64,000 nt of DNA from Squalus acanthias (GCA_030390025.1 CM059429.1:32488001-32552000); one strand, 5' to 3'. Positions 12,590 through 25,130 are shown, counted from the stretch's first letter. Translations and numbers: made by a program. Notes: a model not told the origin generated them from the sequence alone.

Positions 12590-13484
12590 CTCAGCATGAC
12601 TTTTAGCTAAATCATTTGTTGATGTCAAAACACTGAGTTTATCTTGGAGGAAAGCAACACTGAAGTCGATCTGATTTACTGGGGAGCCAATTTGAGTTCT
12701 GCAACTCAGGTCAAATTGTGGGCAATTTCAGAGTTGATCCAACCTTTGATGTGTGGTTTAACCAGGGTACTAATTTTCAGAACTCAAACTTTTCAGTGTG
12801 GAATCAAAATGTACGTGATTCAGTACATTTTAATAATACAATGACGTCCTTAGAGATTTAGTTTTGTTTAATGAGAACAGACTTGTAATTGCAGATGGAA
12901 AGCAGTGATATGGATAGATAATCTAATCTATGATTGCATCTCTTCCTTCCTCCCCCCCCTTCTCATGCAGGTGTCTGGTCCAACCTGTTGGATGAGTCTG
13001 TTTGCACAAGACATCGCAGATGAGGGTCTTACCCATTCACGGCTGATTGCACACAGAGCGGAACACAGGTTACCACGTCAACTGCTGAGACACGCAGGTG
13101 TGAGCAATCAGTGCAGATCAGCACTAATCCATCAGATACTGGAATACTTTGAGCAGAGGCAGACTCAGCTGCATACCTTCAGATGAATGAACTGCATCAG
13201 ACCTGGCTATTGGCAGCCCCTCTCTCTGTTTCTCTAAATATATATTAAAGCTAATCGGTGAACGTAACGTGTATTTTGATCTGAGAAATGATTAAGCCAC
13301 TCTGTGCTCGATAACAAAATTATTTGGAAAATAAATGATTAAAATTCCCTCCTAGTAAATGAGGAGATCCGTATGGATTCATTTCGAGGTATATAAGACT
13401 TACGTTTTTTGAAAGCACAAAATTAGGATTTTACAAGTTTTAGTGTTTTGACATCAACAAATGATTCAACTAAAAGTCAGGTGA
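12590..13484. repeat. Long-range imperfect inverted repeat (arms ~12590-12638 and ~13438-13484)
   Basis: tgacttttagctaaatcatttgttgatgtcaaaacact vs reverse complement of the right arm tgacttttagttgaatcatttgttgatgtcaaaacact (2 mismatches in 38 nt). Confidence 0.9.
12971..13480 (+). other. Candidate cassette exon (non-coding or poison)
   Basis: Acceptor: branch-like atctaat, ~28-nt pyrimidine tract, tgcag|G at 12970/12971; donor CAG|GTGAGC at 13480/13481; stops in all three frames; no transcript evidence. Confidence 0.4.
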
Positions 13485-13974
13485 GCCAAGTATCCAGGTC
13501 ATTTTAACAACATCTGCTTATGGGCTGTGATTTACTTTATTATTAACTGTTCAGAGAGTCATACTTGAGCCAAAGATTTCAACCCAAGAGGCCTGTATAC
13601 AGTACTTGTAAATCATAAATAAGATTCTGAATAGCAAATAAATGGTCTGTAAACAAGGATTGTCGGTGTGGTTTTTAAATAAACTTTGAACATTTTTTGG
13701 TAAAGTGATTAATTTGATTAATACAACATTCTCAGAACAGTTAAAACTCTAACATAAGTCTCCATCATTAGAATATTTTAGGGTATTACTAAACAGCAAT
13801 ATTATCCTATCAACACATCAAAGAGGCAATTAACAGAAAAGAAAAGCCCTTTGTTATTGTGCAGCAGTGATAGCAGACAGCCAATAATACACTATAATAT
13901 TTACTTTTCTATCGTGGTGTCAGTCTCTGGAGTTATTAGGTAACACCCATTGCCATTAGTTACAATAGAGTAGA

Positions 13975-14460
13975 TTTCCCTCTGCTCTGCACCTGGCAGT
14001 CAGCTTTCCCCAGGCTTAGGGCAGAGGAAAAAGGGACAGAGAACAGTTATATCAGAACTCCACGCCATGCCTCCTGTTGAAATTTACTGGGACTCCCCAA
14101 GGGATACAACTGTGGGAGATGCAAGTCAGCATGGCCATTGTAGTGTTGTGGAAGGGTGCTCATGAGAAGCTGGTGCTAGTGCCTGTCCCCCAGAACCCTT
14201 GATGACTGAAGAGTCAGCAAGGGTTCTGAGGCTAGACCAAAGAGTGTGCAGGCAGGGAGAAACATTGATTTGGTACCCCCCAGGACAATTGGAAGCACTT
14301 GGGGCCTTTTAGATGCTGATCTCCAACAGCAGGTAGAAGGTCCTGATCTCAGAGGTTTGGAGCACAGCTGCAGGCCTCTGAAGCCAACAGGTGCATTCAA
14401 ATTGATGATGTAAACTGAAAACACAGTGGGACCTGGGAACCCACTGCTATCATCCATTTA
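13975..14460 (+). other. Cluster of hairpins (relic MITE or structured RNA)
   Basis: 14191-14228 17-bp stem cagaacccttgatgact-gaag-agtcagcaagggttctg; further stems at ~13979-14028 and ~14349-14381. Confidence 0.45.
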
Positions 14461-16689
14461 TTATTCTGTTGGACCCAGTCAAGTACATACCATATCTAAT
14501 GGGGCAGTGTTGTGTATCCCCCACATTTTTTAATTACCTCAGTTTCCCCCTTAGAATATCTCCTTATTGATTCCTCATCTTTCAAAAAAAAGCGTGTGGG
14601 CTGAAGATTCTCTTGTGGGTGCCAATAATGGTCCTCCATGATTATTAGTCAGCTGGTATAATTCTACAGGGAGGGGATAGCAATCTGCTGTGACTAAATG
14701 CTTTACCTCATGACCCAGCCAAGAACTTGGCAAACTCATCAACTGAGCAAAATTGAGTTGGACTGAGATCTGACCAGAATCCTTTTGAATGCGAGTTAAG
14801 CTTTAGAACTACCATTCTAGAGTTATATTATAACTCAACCTATGATTAAGTGGAAAAAAATGAATTATTGCTTCAAGATTTGAGTTTTCTCTGCTTGCTG
14901 TTTTATTTAGGGTTTTGTATTTTGTTTTTCTATAGAAGTTTTGATCAATCAGAACATTTTATCTGGTTCTAGGAAATTAAACTAATGCTCATGAAAGTGA
15001 GAAAATCCAATCATTTAAAATGTAAAATTAAAGTATCTAATGGAAGCAAATTAAATACTGTTGCTTACCATGATCTTGCTTATTCCATCTTTCACTTTTT
15101 ACCTAATTATGTTCTTATGGGAAGGTAAGTCCTATAATGGATTACAAACCGATAGCCTTCTTGACTCAAGGATTTAATGAAAAAGACAATAAAACACAGG
15201 AGAAAGAAATATGAATGGGTGTCATTTTTCTATGTTGTCTAATTTAAATATAGTCAATTTCTTTGCTTTAAGCATCCGATTCTAATGCTACTGAAACTAT
15301 AGTGAGAAATGTAATATACCATCAGTCATCTAGATAAGCCAGGAAAGTGTTAAATCTCAGCTTTTTGCTGAATTAATTAAATTTTATTCCAAAATATTGT
15401 AATTCAAGATGCATAGTGATTTACATAGTTTAAGTAAGATACTGAGACTTTAGTTTAATTTGTTGTTTATCAGTCAAAAATTACATGAATGAATGGATGA
15501 ATACTAACAACTATGGATGAGCACTTCCTATGGTAAAATCTTTCTTTTATTGTTGACATCTTGCCAAGTTAATAGAAACTAACATTTATCCAGTATAGTG
15601 TTAGCGCTACCAATTGTATAGAGCACTGTGGTTTTTTTTAAGCAAAGTAAGGGTTAAAAAGAATGTTTGATAAAGGCAATCCAAAATAAGCATTTTTAAT
15701 CAAAAAATTCAGTTTTGGAGAAAAGCAATTTTCACCATAATGTATGTAAATAGAATAGAATAGGACATTTAGTTCTTACCCTTTCTGTATTGCCTTTGTG
15801 TTTACTGCAAAGCCCCTTTATTTTAGTTGCTATGAAGTTGTATGTTGACGAAGGATGCCGACTATAATTGTGCAAAAGAGAAGCAGCATCCAAGTAGCTA
15901 AAGTTCGGGATGCTATACAGGTAAGAAGCATCCAGGAATAACTGCCAAAAAGGTTGTTAGTTCTGGTGTCTGGCAACCAACACATTTTCAGCTCCTGTTC
16001 CTAATACTCATGTACTCACGCTGAGTTGTTTTTTTTTCCTTCATTCCCTCTGGGAGCTCGAACATTTACAATAATTGACTTGTAATTAGAGCGTATTTGT
16101 GATCTGCTCCGCAGCTAATTGTGCATCGAGGAAAAAAACTGACACTGGTGAAGCCAGCTTGACCCCTGACTTCTGACAGAGCTGCACGGTAAACAATCTG
16201 CCAGTGTATTGCCCAGGTGGATTCAGAGCGGCAGGTTAATCTCAGCTTTCAGCGAAGAGGAACAAAACTTCTTGATGAAGGGACAGATGTGTTTAATTGA
16301 GTAATTTTACTGCATTCAGACATGTACTCGGAAACCAAAAGTACAAGAGAAACTCATCAGCAGCTATAGTTCATTGGAGTAATGAAACCAAACACCTGCA
16401 AGTGTGGGGAGGCTTGCTTTTTTATGTCCTGTGACTGTGATGTATTTCAATCTGTTTTCTTTGCCACAGAAAAGGTATTCTTAAAGGAGAAACACATGAC
16501 TTTCTGAACAACTGTTAAATGGTTGGTACATTCCATTGTTTCATTTTGAGAAGACTCAGTAATGCATCTTTTATACTAAGATGATACATGTACACAAGGA
16601 TGAAAGGAGGAGTAAATTCATTTCAATGCAAATCTAATCTCTAGCAAGTCCTGAAACCAGAATATATTAACCATGTTCCAACCATTGCT

Positions 16690-16960
16690 GTTTGTAGCCG
16701 AGTCTGGTCCCGCGCAACTTTATGGCCGGTATTTTCCTTACCTTGGCGGATCCAGTGCGGCCAGTGTCTGTGCCGGGTCCTGGCCCCGCTGCTGGCTCCA
16801 TCCCACTGTCCAAAATGAACTTACCTTAATGGGGCCTATTAAGCCCGCCCAGCATGTTACTCGGCCCAATTAGATGCAGCGGGTCTGGTGACATCATTCA
16901 TGGTGCGTTTTAAGCCGGGATCCTTAAAGGGACCCTGGCCACATTAAATTTTAAGTTCAA
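16690..16960. mobile_element. Internal fragment of a Harbinger-type MITE
   Basis: aagcccgcccagc...gcccaatta...gggtctggtgacatcattcatg...gccgggatccttaaagggacc matches 9740-9840 and the reverse complement of 29250-29350. Confidence 0.65.
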
Positions 16961-17789
16961 TCTAACATAGTGGGTGTTGAAACTTTAATGTATAATAATA
17001 TAATAAAAGTTATATATGAGTGACAAAGAAATATTTAAATAAAATTATCATTAAGTATTATGACTCCATCTACAAATACGATCAAGAACATAATTCAAAA
17101 AGTACATTCATTGGGAAGTTATTGGTGCTTTAATCACAAATCTATAGACTTTTGTATCAGTAACTGGTACAAATAAAAGATGTGTGTGTATAGGTAATAT
17201 ATAAAATTAAGCAGATTTTAAATGTAATTGTAATGGGGTGGATTTACAATCTCATGCAAGTTCAGCAGAAGAGCTGAGGAATCCCCGACAAACAGTGTAA
17301 GTGGTGCTTACAATGTGTTTCTGGGATTTCTGCAGCTCATCTGTTGAAGTTAACAATGGACAAGTTAGAGAACCTCTGCAGAAATTCACCCTAAAGTCTC
17401 AGACTGAAAAATTTAATTAGTCATATTCAGGGACTGAAAGTACTGTAAATTGAACCAGTGGAATGAGTGATGAGAATGAAATTGTTATGGTTGATGACTT
17501 GATTTAATGTGTAACTGGACAATCACAGTATACTGTGAGAAAAACCTGACCAGAAACAACACAAAAATATATTTAAATGGTATATGTTATTTTTTATAGT
17601 GCAGATTAAATCACTGCAATTACTGTTCAGTTGGAAGGCAACAGCCAAGAATGGCCAGTGAAAAATTAACATTTACCAGTAGCTTTTCAAGTAGAACAGA
17701 ATCTCCATCAATCTGTTAGTTGATGTAATCAACATGTTTTTATTTTGGTTTGTTTTCCATGCTGTCAAGTAATCAGCTGGAGCAATGGC

Positions 17790-18068
17790 CACAGAACTCA
17801 CGCCTCAGGTTGACAGACGTGGTTCCCGAGCTGTGTGAATCCTGTGGCCATGCAGAGAAATTTAAGTGCCTGTAAGGTACTTCATAATGATTTCAATTGG
17901 ATCCCCCGCCGCTGCAGGTTGGATTGGCTCCACGCTGACAGATGCGCCTGTGGGAAAGGCGTGTGGGAGTAAGTTGACAGTGGGTTCCCGACCCGCCGTC
18001 AAAAATAACAACTTTCCCACCCAACCTGCCACCGATCGTGCCCGCTACCACCCCAGAAAATTCAGCCC
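17790..18068. mobile_element. Right-hand fragment of a Harbinger-type MITE
   Basis: Ends gaaaattcagccc, similar to the TIR of 9625-10468; GC-rich subterminal gggttcccgacccgcc. Confidence 0.65.
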
Positions 18069-19439
18069 ATATCTGCCCTGGCCTGTTGCAAAACTGCATT
18101 CCACTATATCTGTTTTAAAATATCTCAAATGCTATCTCCAAAATAAAGAACATTCCTGAGTGCAAAAATGAAACAGGTTTCTAAATTGTGTTGCTACCAA
18201 AGCAACAGACAGCTTATACATTATTTCTGTATTATAATTACAATTATTTCTGCATTACATGACAATTCTTACGATAAGTTGCATAGATTCAGATTAATAC
18301 AATTGGAATTCTATGCACCACTTTAAAGGACACAGCCCTTTTCTGAAACTGTCCTATTTGAATAATTCAGTGGAGTCCTCTTGAATGTGCTTCAAACCTT
18401 GTTTTGCATTGCCATCAAAAATTTGATTTTGCCTTATTGCACCTTTCACCTGTGCTTTGGTACACATGGCCCTACTGCTCCCTCCATGCAGTGGACTCTA
18501 GGTAGGATGACATTGGTCTGGATAAGCAAAACAGAAATGCCTCCTTATTCATCTGTTCACATGTGATAGGATAGACATTGCCCAACCAGAGAAAATCACA
18601 AGGATAAAGATCATTTAACAGTTTTATTCATCATAATCTTGCAAGAGTAACATGATCTTTCCTCACTTCCACTGTGATTCCAGATTAGTCTCATGTTCTT
18701 CTCAAGCCATTGGTAAAGGTGTCTCATTGTTGCTCTCCTAGTGGGAAAGTTTTAAAATATTCTTCCTGCTTCAGAATCTAGAAATAGAAATCAAAGGGGC
18801 CAGATGCAAATCTGGCGTCACGTTTTATGTGCGTTGTCATGGGGTTTCCCAGCCGCCAAAGTAATTTAAACGCCTGAATCACACTTAATACCGGAGCCAA
18901 ATACCAGTGTCCAGCTTCATAATTGACCTTCCCACAAACAAAGCCAGAACTCGGATCTGTAAGCTGACCTGATTGACATGAGCATTAATTTCAAGAATGT
19001 AGGGCAATTATACCTTGTAACCTTAAAGGAATAGGCAACCTACACTTTAGCAGCAGAATATTACATTATGCTATACATTGTATAATGTTCCTGCCATTCA
19101 AACGCAGCATATCATCTGGTTTAGAATAAGCAGCACCATGAGAGATTTTCTAGTAATCTATTATGTATTAATTGAGTGTATTGCAACATTCCATTTTAAA
19201 CTGTTTTGTGAAGTCCTACATTCATACTATCTCAAAGCGAAAACTCATTAAAAAAGTGTTAGCATTTTCCTGCAGTACCTTTAGGTGGCTCTGTGATAGG
19301 ATTTTTTTCAGTGTTAAATAGCCCATAATGTTATGTGTTAATACAACAGCTGTTATATTGAATATTGAGAGTTAATACCACAACAAAATCTGGTTGAGTC
19401 TGCATGTAGGCGCATGGTCTGGCCATTTGCGTCACTGTG

Positions 19440-20331
19440 GAGCAGCCTAAGTTTTTCAACCTTGGTTGTCTTAGCTAGCAGCCATGTCGGTCGGTAGAGG
19501 TAAGTAAAGGAGGTATATATTAAGATGTACAAATAAATGTAAAACTTTTTTGTAATTTTTTAATCCCTTATAGCCCCTTCCTACACTTTCTCCCACCTCA
19601 CCCCACTGTATATTTTTCCTTCCTCTATGTGGCCCGATCCACAAGCCTCTCTTAGCCATTGGCAGCCCAATTACCCACCCCTGGTAGCTGTCCCCTGCAA
19701 ACCTCCCCCAATAAACCTACGGTTCTCCTTCACGCTTGGCAGGCCCTTTGCCCATCAGCCTCTGCCTTCCTACTTGCCAGGCCCCTCGCTCACCATCTGC
19801 TCTGGTAGCCTGCCTGTCCAGCATTCTTATCACCCAGCAGAACATTCCCCTAAAGAGTATGTGCTTGGCTATCTGCTTGCCTGATCATCGGCCCGCTGTG
19901 CATGCATCCTCTTGGCATTCGCTGCTGAGATATGCAACCTGAACTGCACTGCTCTCCCTCTGATCAACATCTCGGCCTGTTCTCCAATCTCCTCCCAAGC
20001 AGCAGGATTTCTGCCATTGCAATGTGTCCCTCCCCACTGAGCAGTATTTTGGCAAGGCACTCCCACCCCTCCTCAACCACTGAGCACCATTTCTCTTCCC
20101 CTTCCCCACTGAGTAGTATTTCAACCAATTTCCTTACCACCTTTCAGCTCCCCACTTCAGCAACTATTCACTTTCCCCAGTGACCTGTTCGCTCCTGCTT
20201 TTGGGCCTTGGCTTCCCTTCCCTCTCTGAGCAGCATTTTAGTCCCTGTTTGGAATAAGCCCATGCTACCCACACTCCCCCCGCCCAACCCGGCACTGAAA
20301 TTGTTGCTGTTCCGCTGAGCAGAAAAATTGC
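19440..20331 (-). mobile_element. Old Harbinger-derived element with a possible Myb/SANT remnant
   Basis: C-rich interior typical of these elements; minus peptide AAWEEIGEQ resembles the Myb/SANT helix AWEEIA; TIR-like end gaaaaattgcc; left boundary uncertain (could extend to ~18795). Confidence 0.4.
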
Positions 20332-20790
20332 CTTTGTTAGCAAAACTAAAGCCCATGGGATTAAAGGGACAGTGGCAGCGTGGATACAAAATTGGCTAAG
20401 GGACAGAAAGCAGAGAGTAGTAGTGAACGGTTGTTTTTCAGACTGGAGGGAAGTATGCAGTGGTGCTCCCCAGGGGTTGGTATTAGGACCACTGCTCTTT
20501 TTGATATATATCTTAAACACCCTTGTACATACATGTCATAATTTCAAAGTTTGCAGATGACACGTAACTTGGAAATGTAGTAAACAATGAGAAGGATAGT
20601 AACAGACTTCAGGAGGACAGAGACAGACTGGTGAAATGGTAGATGAATGGCAGATGAAATTTAACACAAAGAAGTGTGAAGTGATACACTTTGGTAGGAA
20701 GAATGAGGGGAGGCCGTTTAAACGAAACAGTTTAATTTTTAAGGGGGTGCAGGAACAGAGAGACCCGGGGGTGTATGTACATCAGTCAAT

Positions 20791-21540
20791 GGGCTAGAAA
20801 TTGGGTTTTGCCCCGGGCGGGGCGCTAACGTAGGAAAAGTAGCGCCAGGCGCTAATGATTCTCTCCTGATGGGAAATTCAGCATTAGCGCTCCAAGAGGG
20901 AAGTGGAGCGCCAAATCAAGCGATAACCACTTCTTCTAGAGCGCTGAAGTCCGGGAGCGGGGCGGTAGCAGCAGAGCGCAGAACAATTTGGAGCGCATCG
21001 CTAACGGCATCAGAGGCTGCTTCCCTCGCTTAAAGGGAAGGGCCAGTGATGCTTCACAACACACTTGTCGGCAGGTCTGCATTGCAAGGTGACCTGTGCC
21101 ACTGCCATTACAGCCCCAAACACTCTACTAAGTGGAGGGCTTGGACATCTTGGAGCAATGAGGCGACCAAAAACTTTCAGCAAGAACCAGACTGGTGGAA
21201 ATATTAAAGGTTGGCCTACCTGAAAACCCTTCCCTTTAAATAGCGCTCCCCAAGCGGCCAGCCGAGTTGACAACGACTCCTCTTCCTGCCGTTGTTAACG
21301 GCCGGCCATACAGCAGGGGGCGGAAGCCAATTTCACATCCGGGGCAGTAACGGGATGCTGCACAATTGATGGCGTCACGATCTGCAAGGCACTTGAGACC
21401 CAGGCGGTAAGTGGTAGCGCCAGCACTAAAACTGGAAATGAATTTCGCGGGCGTTGCTGCATTTGCCGCGCCCGGTCGCTAACCCCTTAGTGCCCTGTTA
21501 GTACCCCACCCCCAGGCTCTAACCAACCGAATTTCTCCCC
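20791..21540. mobile_element. GC-rich Harbinger-type MITE inserted in CR1
   Basis: Termini gggctagaaatt / aatttctcccc; many agcgc/gcgct repeats; related to 34865-35502; TSD not clean. Confidence 0.8.
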
Positions 21541-21677
21541 CTTTGAATGTGGCAGGACAAGTTGAGAAGGCTGTTGAAAAAAAATGGGATCCTTGACTTT
21601 ATTAATAGAGCCATAGAGTACAAAAGCAGGGAAATTATGCTAAATCTTTATAAAGCACTAGTTAGGCCTCAGCTGGA

Positions 21678-22566
21678 TTTTTTTTAAATTTGTTTATTGG
21701 ATCTGGGCGTCGCTGGCAAGGCCAGCTTTATTGCCCATCCCTAGTTGCCCTTGAGAAGGTGGTGGTGAGTCGCCTTCTTGAACTGCTGCAGTCCGTGTGG
21801 TGATGGTACTCCCACAGTGCTGTTAGGTAGGGAGTTCCAGGATTTTGACCCAGCGACGATGAAGGATCAGCGATATACTTCTAAGTTAGGATTGTGTGTG
21901 ACTTGGAGGGGAACTTGGATGTGGTGGTGTTCCCATGCGCCTGCTGCTCTTGTTCTTCTAGGTGGAAGAGGTCGCGGGTTTGGGAGGTGCTGCCGAAGAA
22001 GCCTTGGCGAGTTGCTGCAGTGCATCTTGTAGATGGTACACACTGCAGCCACGGTACGCCGGTGGTGGAGGGAGTGAATGTTTAAGGTGGTGGATGGGGT
22101 GCCAATCAAGCGGGCTGCTTTGTCCTGGATGGTGTCGAGCTTCTTGAGTGTTGTTGGAGCTGCACTCATCCAGGCAAGTGGAGAGTATTCCATCACACTC
22201 CTTACTTGTGCCTTGTAGATGGTGGAAAGATTTTGGGGAGTCAGGAGGTGAGACACTCGCCGCAGAATACCTAGCCTCTGACCTGCTCTTGTTGCCACAG
22301 TATTTATGTGGCTGGTCCAGTTAAGTTTCTGGTTAATGGTGACCCCCCAGGATGTTGATACATAGAAACATAGAAACATAGAAGATAGGAGCAGGAGTAG
22401 GCCATTCGGCCCCTTGAGCCTGCTCCGCCATTCGATGAGATCATGGCTGATCATCTAAACTCAGTACCCTGATGGTGGGGATTCGGCGATGGTAATGCCA
22501 TTGAATGTCAAGGGGAGGTGGTTAGACTCTCGCTTGTTGGAGATAGTCATTGCCTTCTGTGGCACT
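21678..22566 (-). mobile_element. CR1-Zenon-like LINE 3' fragment inserted in CR1
   Basis: LTPQNLSTIYKAQVRSVMEYSPLAW...SLHHRRTVAAVCTIYKMHC; near-identical to 53862-54630; clade label from recalled motif similarity. Confidence 0.8.
22360..22469 (-). mobile_element. CR1 3' tail inserted in the Zenon-like LINE
   Basis: (catagaaa)n tail then gagcaggagtaggccattcggcccc; flanked by tgat repeats; uninterrupted site visible at ~54535-54545. Confidence 0.85.
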
Positions 22567-23546
22567 TCTATTGTGTTCAATTCTGGGCACCACACTTTAG
22601 GAAGGATGTTAAGTCCTTGGAGAGGGTGCAGAAGAGATTTATTAGAATGGCACCAGGGATGAGAGACTTCAGTTATGTGGAGGGACTGGAGGAGCTGCGG
22701 TTGTTCTCCTTAGAGCAAAGAAGGTTAAGAGGAGATTTGAGAGAGGTGTTCAAAATCATGAAGGGTTTTGATGGAGTAAATAAGGAGAAACTGTTTCCAG
22801 TGGCAGAAGGGTCGGTAACCAAAGGACACAGATTAAGGTAACTGGCAAAAGAACCAGAGGCGACATGAGGAAACATTTTTTTACACAGCGAGTTGTTGTG
22901 ATCTGGAATGCACTGGCTGAAAGGGTGGTGGAGGCAGACTCAAAGGTAACATTCAAAAGAGAATTGGATAAATACTTGAAGGAGAAATAATTTGCAGGGC
23001 TATGGGGAAAGAGCAGGGGAGTGGGACTAATTGGAGAGCTCATCGAAAGAGCTGGCACAGGCACGATGGGCCGAATGGCTGTATCATTCTATGATTCTAT
23101 GATTCATTACTAGGACTGTGAATTTCATTTTTTTCTACAAAACATCAGAACAGCATGAACTTTTGAACTTGATCTGGGGAAACTTTGAGAGGCAAAATAG
23201 TAATTATATTCAATGGATTGTTTATTTATGCAACTATAGCAGCTATTTTAACCATTGTATTTGATGGGAACAAGTTTATTTCTCTATTTGTCAACCTACA
23301 GTGGATAAGAAAAACACTATTTATTTTCCAGAATCCAGTCAAACAACACTTCACCCCAGCACTCCCTGCTTGCAACTGCGTACATTACATTTGAATTGCA
23401 GTAACTGTTATGTAAGTAATGATGGCAACCTTTCTGCATCTCTGACAATGTAGAACAATGAATACTGGAGTGTCAGTCTAGATTATGAGATCAATCCTTG
23501 GACTGGGGCTCATATTTACAATTCTCTGACCCAGTGGTGTGAGGGT

Positions 23547-24120
23547 AACAACAATAACTTGCATTTACATGGTGCCTTTAATGTAGAAAAATGCCCAATG
23601 TATTTTACACAAAATAAATGGATAATAAGAAATGAATGACAGATTAGGAAAGTGACCAAAAGGTTAGTCATAGAGCTGGGCCTTAAGGAGTATCTTAAAG
23701 AAGGAAAGGCAGGTGAAGAGGTTTAGGGAGGGAATTTCGGTGAGTGAGATCGAGGCAGCTGAAAGCATAGTTGCCAATGGCAAGGCAAAGATTTTGTTGT
23801 TGGGGTGGGGGGGGGGGGGCGGTGGGTGGCGGTTGTGGGTAGTAGGCATGAGGCCAGAGTTAGATTAGTGAGTTTGGGGTTGGGGGTTGTAAGACCGATT
23901 AAACCTACAGAGATAGTGAGGACTGAGGCCATGGAGGGATTTAAACACAAAGATTAGAATGTTAAATTTGAGGCATTAGAGGATAGGGAGCCAGTAAAGG
24001 CCAGAGAAAATGGGGGTGATGGGTGAGTGGAACTTGGTGTGGAATAGGACATGAGCAGGGAGTTTTAGAGGAGTTGACGTTTATGCAGGGTGGACAGGAA
24101 GTCAGTCAGGAGAGCATTGG
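23547..24120 (-). mobile_element. Degenerate L2 3' fragment (preceded by a SINE remnant ~23395-23545)
   Basis: (CAA)n tail, cttgcattta...gtgcctttaatgtag, ggccatggagggatttaaacacaag as in the other L2 copies. Confidence 0.75.
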
Positions 24121-24287
24121 CGTAATGATAAGCAAATGAGGAAGAAAGTAAAATGTACTACATTTATCTGACCTTCCCCATATAGTCCATTCTTTACATA
24201 TACCATTTCCATCATCCCACTACACTACTTGGACATTATTATATTTTCTGACATTGTGCTCTCCATTGTATAGGTATATCATGCAAT

Positions 24288-25130
24288 GGCCTGGATTTTG
24301 ATACTGGGGTCGTGATGGAGTCGGGAATCCCACTTTTTGGGTTGTAGACCCTCCTCCATCGACTTGTGGCCAACCCACTGTATTTTCCCTTGATTGACCT
24401 TGTTGAGCCCGCCCAGTGAGCTCAGCAGGCCAATTAAGGGCCACGCGGCAACAGGTGATGTCACAGATTGACATTTCATCTGTCAAGAGCTTTTGACAGA
24501 TGAAATATCAGCGTTTGACAGCTCCTTGAAGCTGTCAAACACTGACAATTTGTCTTCTAACTTGAGTCCTTCCTCTCAGGCTGAGTTAGAAATCATTCCA
24601 GCACAGAAAACAGAGACTGAAACTTTTGACAGCACCACGGCCTTTCTGCTTTCTGTGCCAGTGAGATTTCTGACTCCCGAGAACTGAAGGGCTGACACCT
24701 GCAGGAGGAAGTTAAGGTAAGTAAAACATTTTCCACACTTTACACTTACCTTACACACTTACCTCTGCACACATGCACCCATCACTCACCTGCCCACCGG
24801 ACATATCGACCCCTCCAACCCCTGCAGACCCACGGTCCGCCTCGCTAACTTGGCGTGGTTGGCAACTGTCGGGAAGACAACATTTCAGCCGTCAAAATAG
24901 GGATTAGACAAAAAACTGCCTGTTAACTACCTGTTAACAGGCAGTTAGTTGTCACTAATCCCCTTCCCGCCTCGGGGAGTCGGGTCCCAGCACAGGTCGG
25001 GTACCCGCCGCCAGCGAAACTGGCATGGAGGCGGGTTGGGGGCGGGATGGGGTCGGGACCCCCGAATCTGCAACTTTAACCCCCCACACGCCTCCAAACC
25101 CGACTCCACGGGTCAATGAAAATCCAGCCC
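24288..25130. mobile_element. Harbinger-type MITE, 843 bp
   Basis: TIRs GGCCTGGATTTT / AAAATCCAGCCC, TSD AAT; shares ttaactacctgttaacaggcagtta and gctgtcaaacactgacaa with 9625-10468. Confidence 0.9.

Larger units (their letters stand above)
20333..23105 (+). mobile_element. CR1 LINE 3' half (RT to tail), interrupted by two insertions
   Basis: WIQNWLRDRKQRVVVNG...PQGLVLGPLLFLIYI (20372); segments 20333-20787, 21541-21677 and 22569-23105 are colinear with the CR1 at 49583-50730; (ATTCTATG)n tail. Confidence 0.9.

Noticed and set aside
12905-13186. 93-aa ORF as a protein-coding exon
   Set aside because: No recognisable domain; the N-terminal part is the pyrimidine tract; treated only as part of a candidate non-coding or poison exon
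16450-16480. 5-nt microexon (cacag|aaaag|gtattc)
   Set aside because: Weak donor, frame-shifting length, expected by chance
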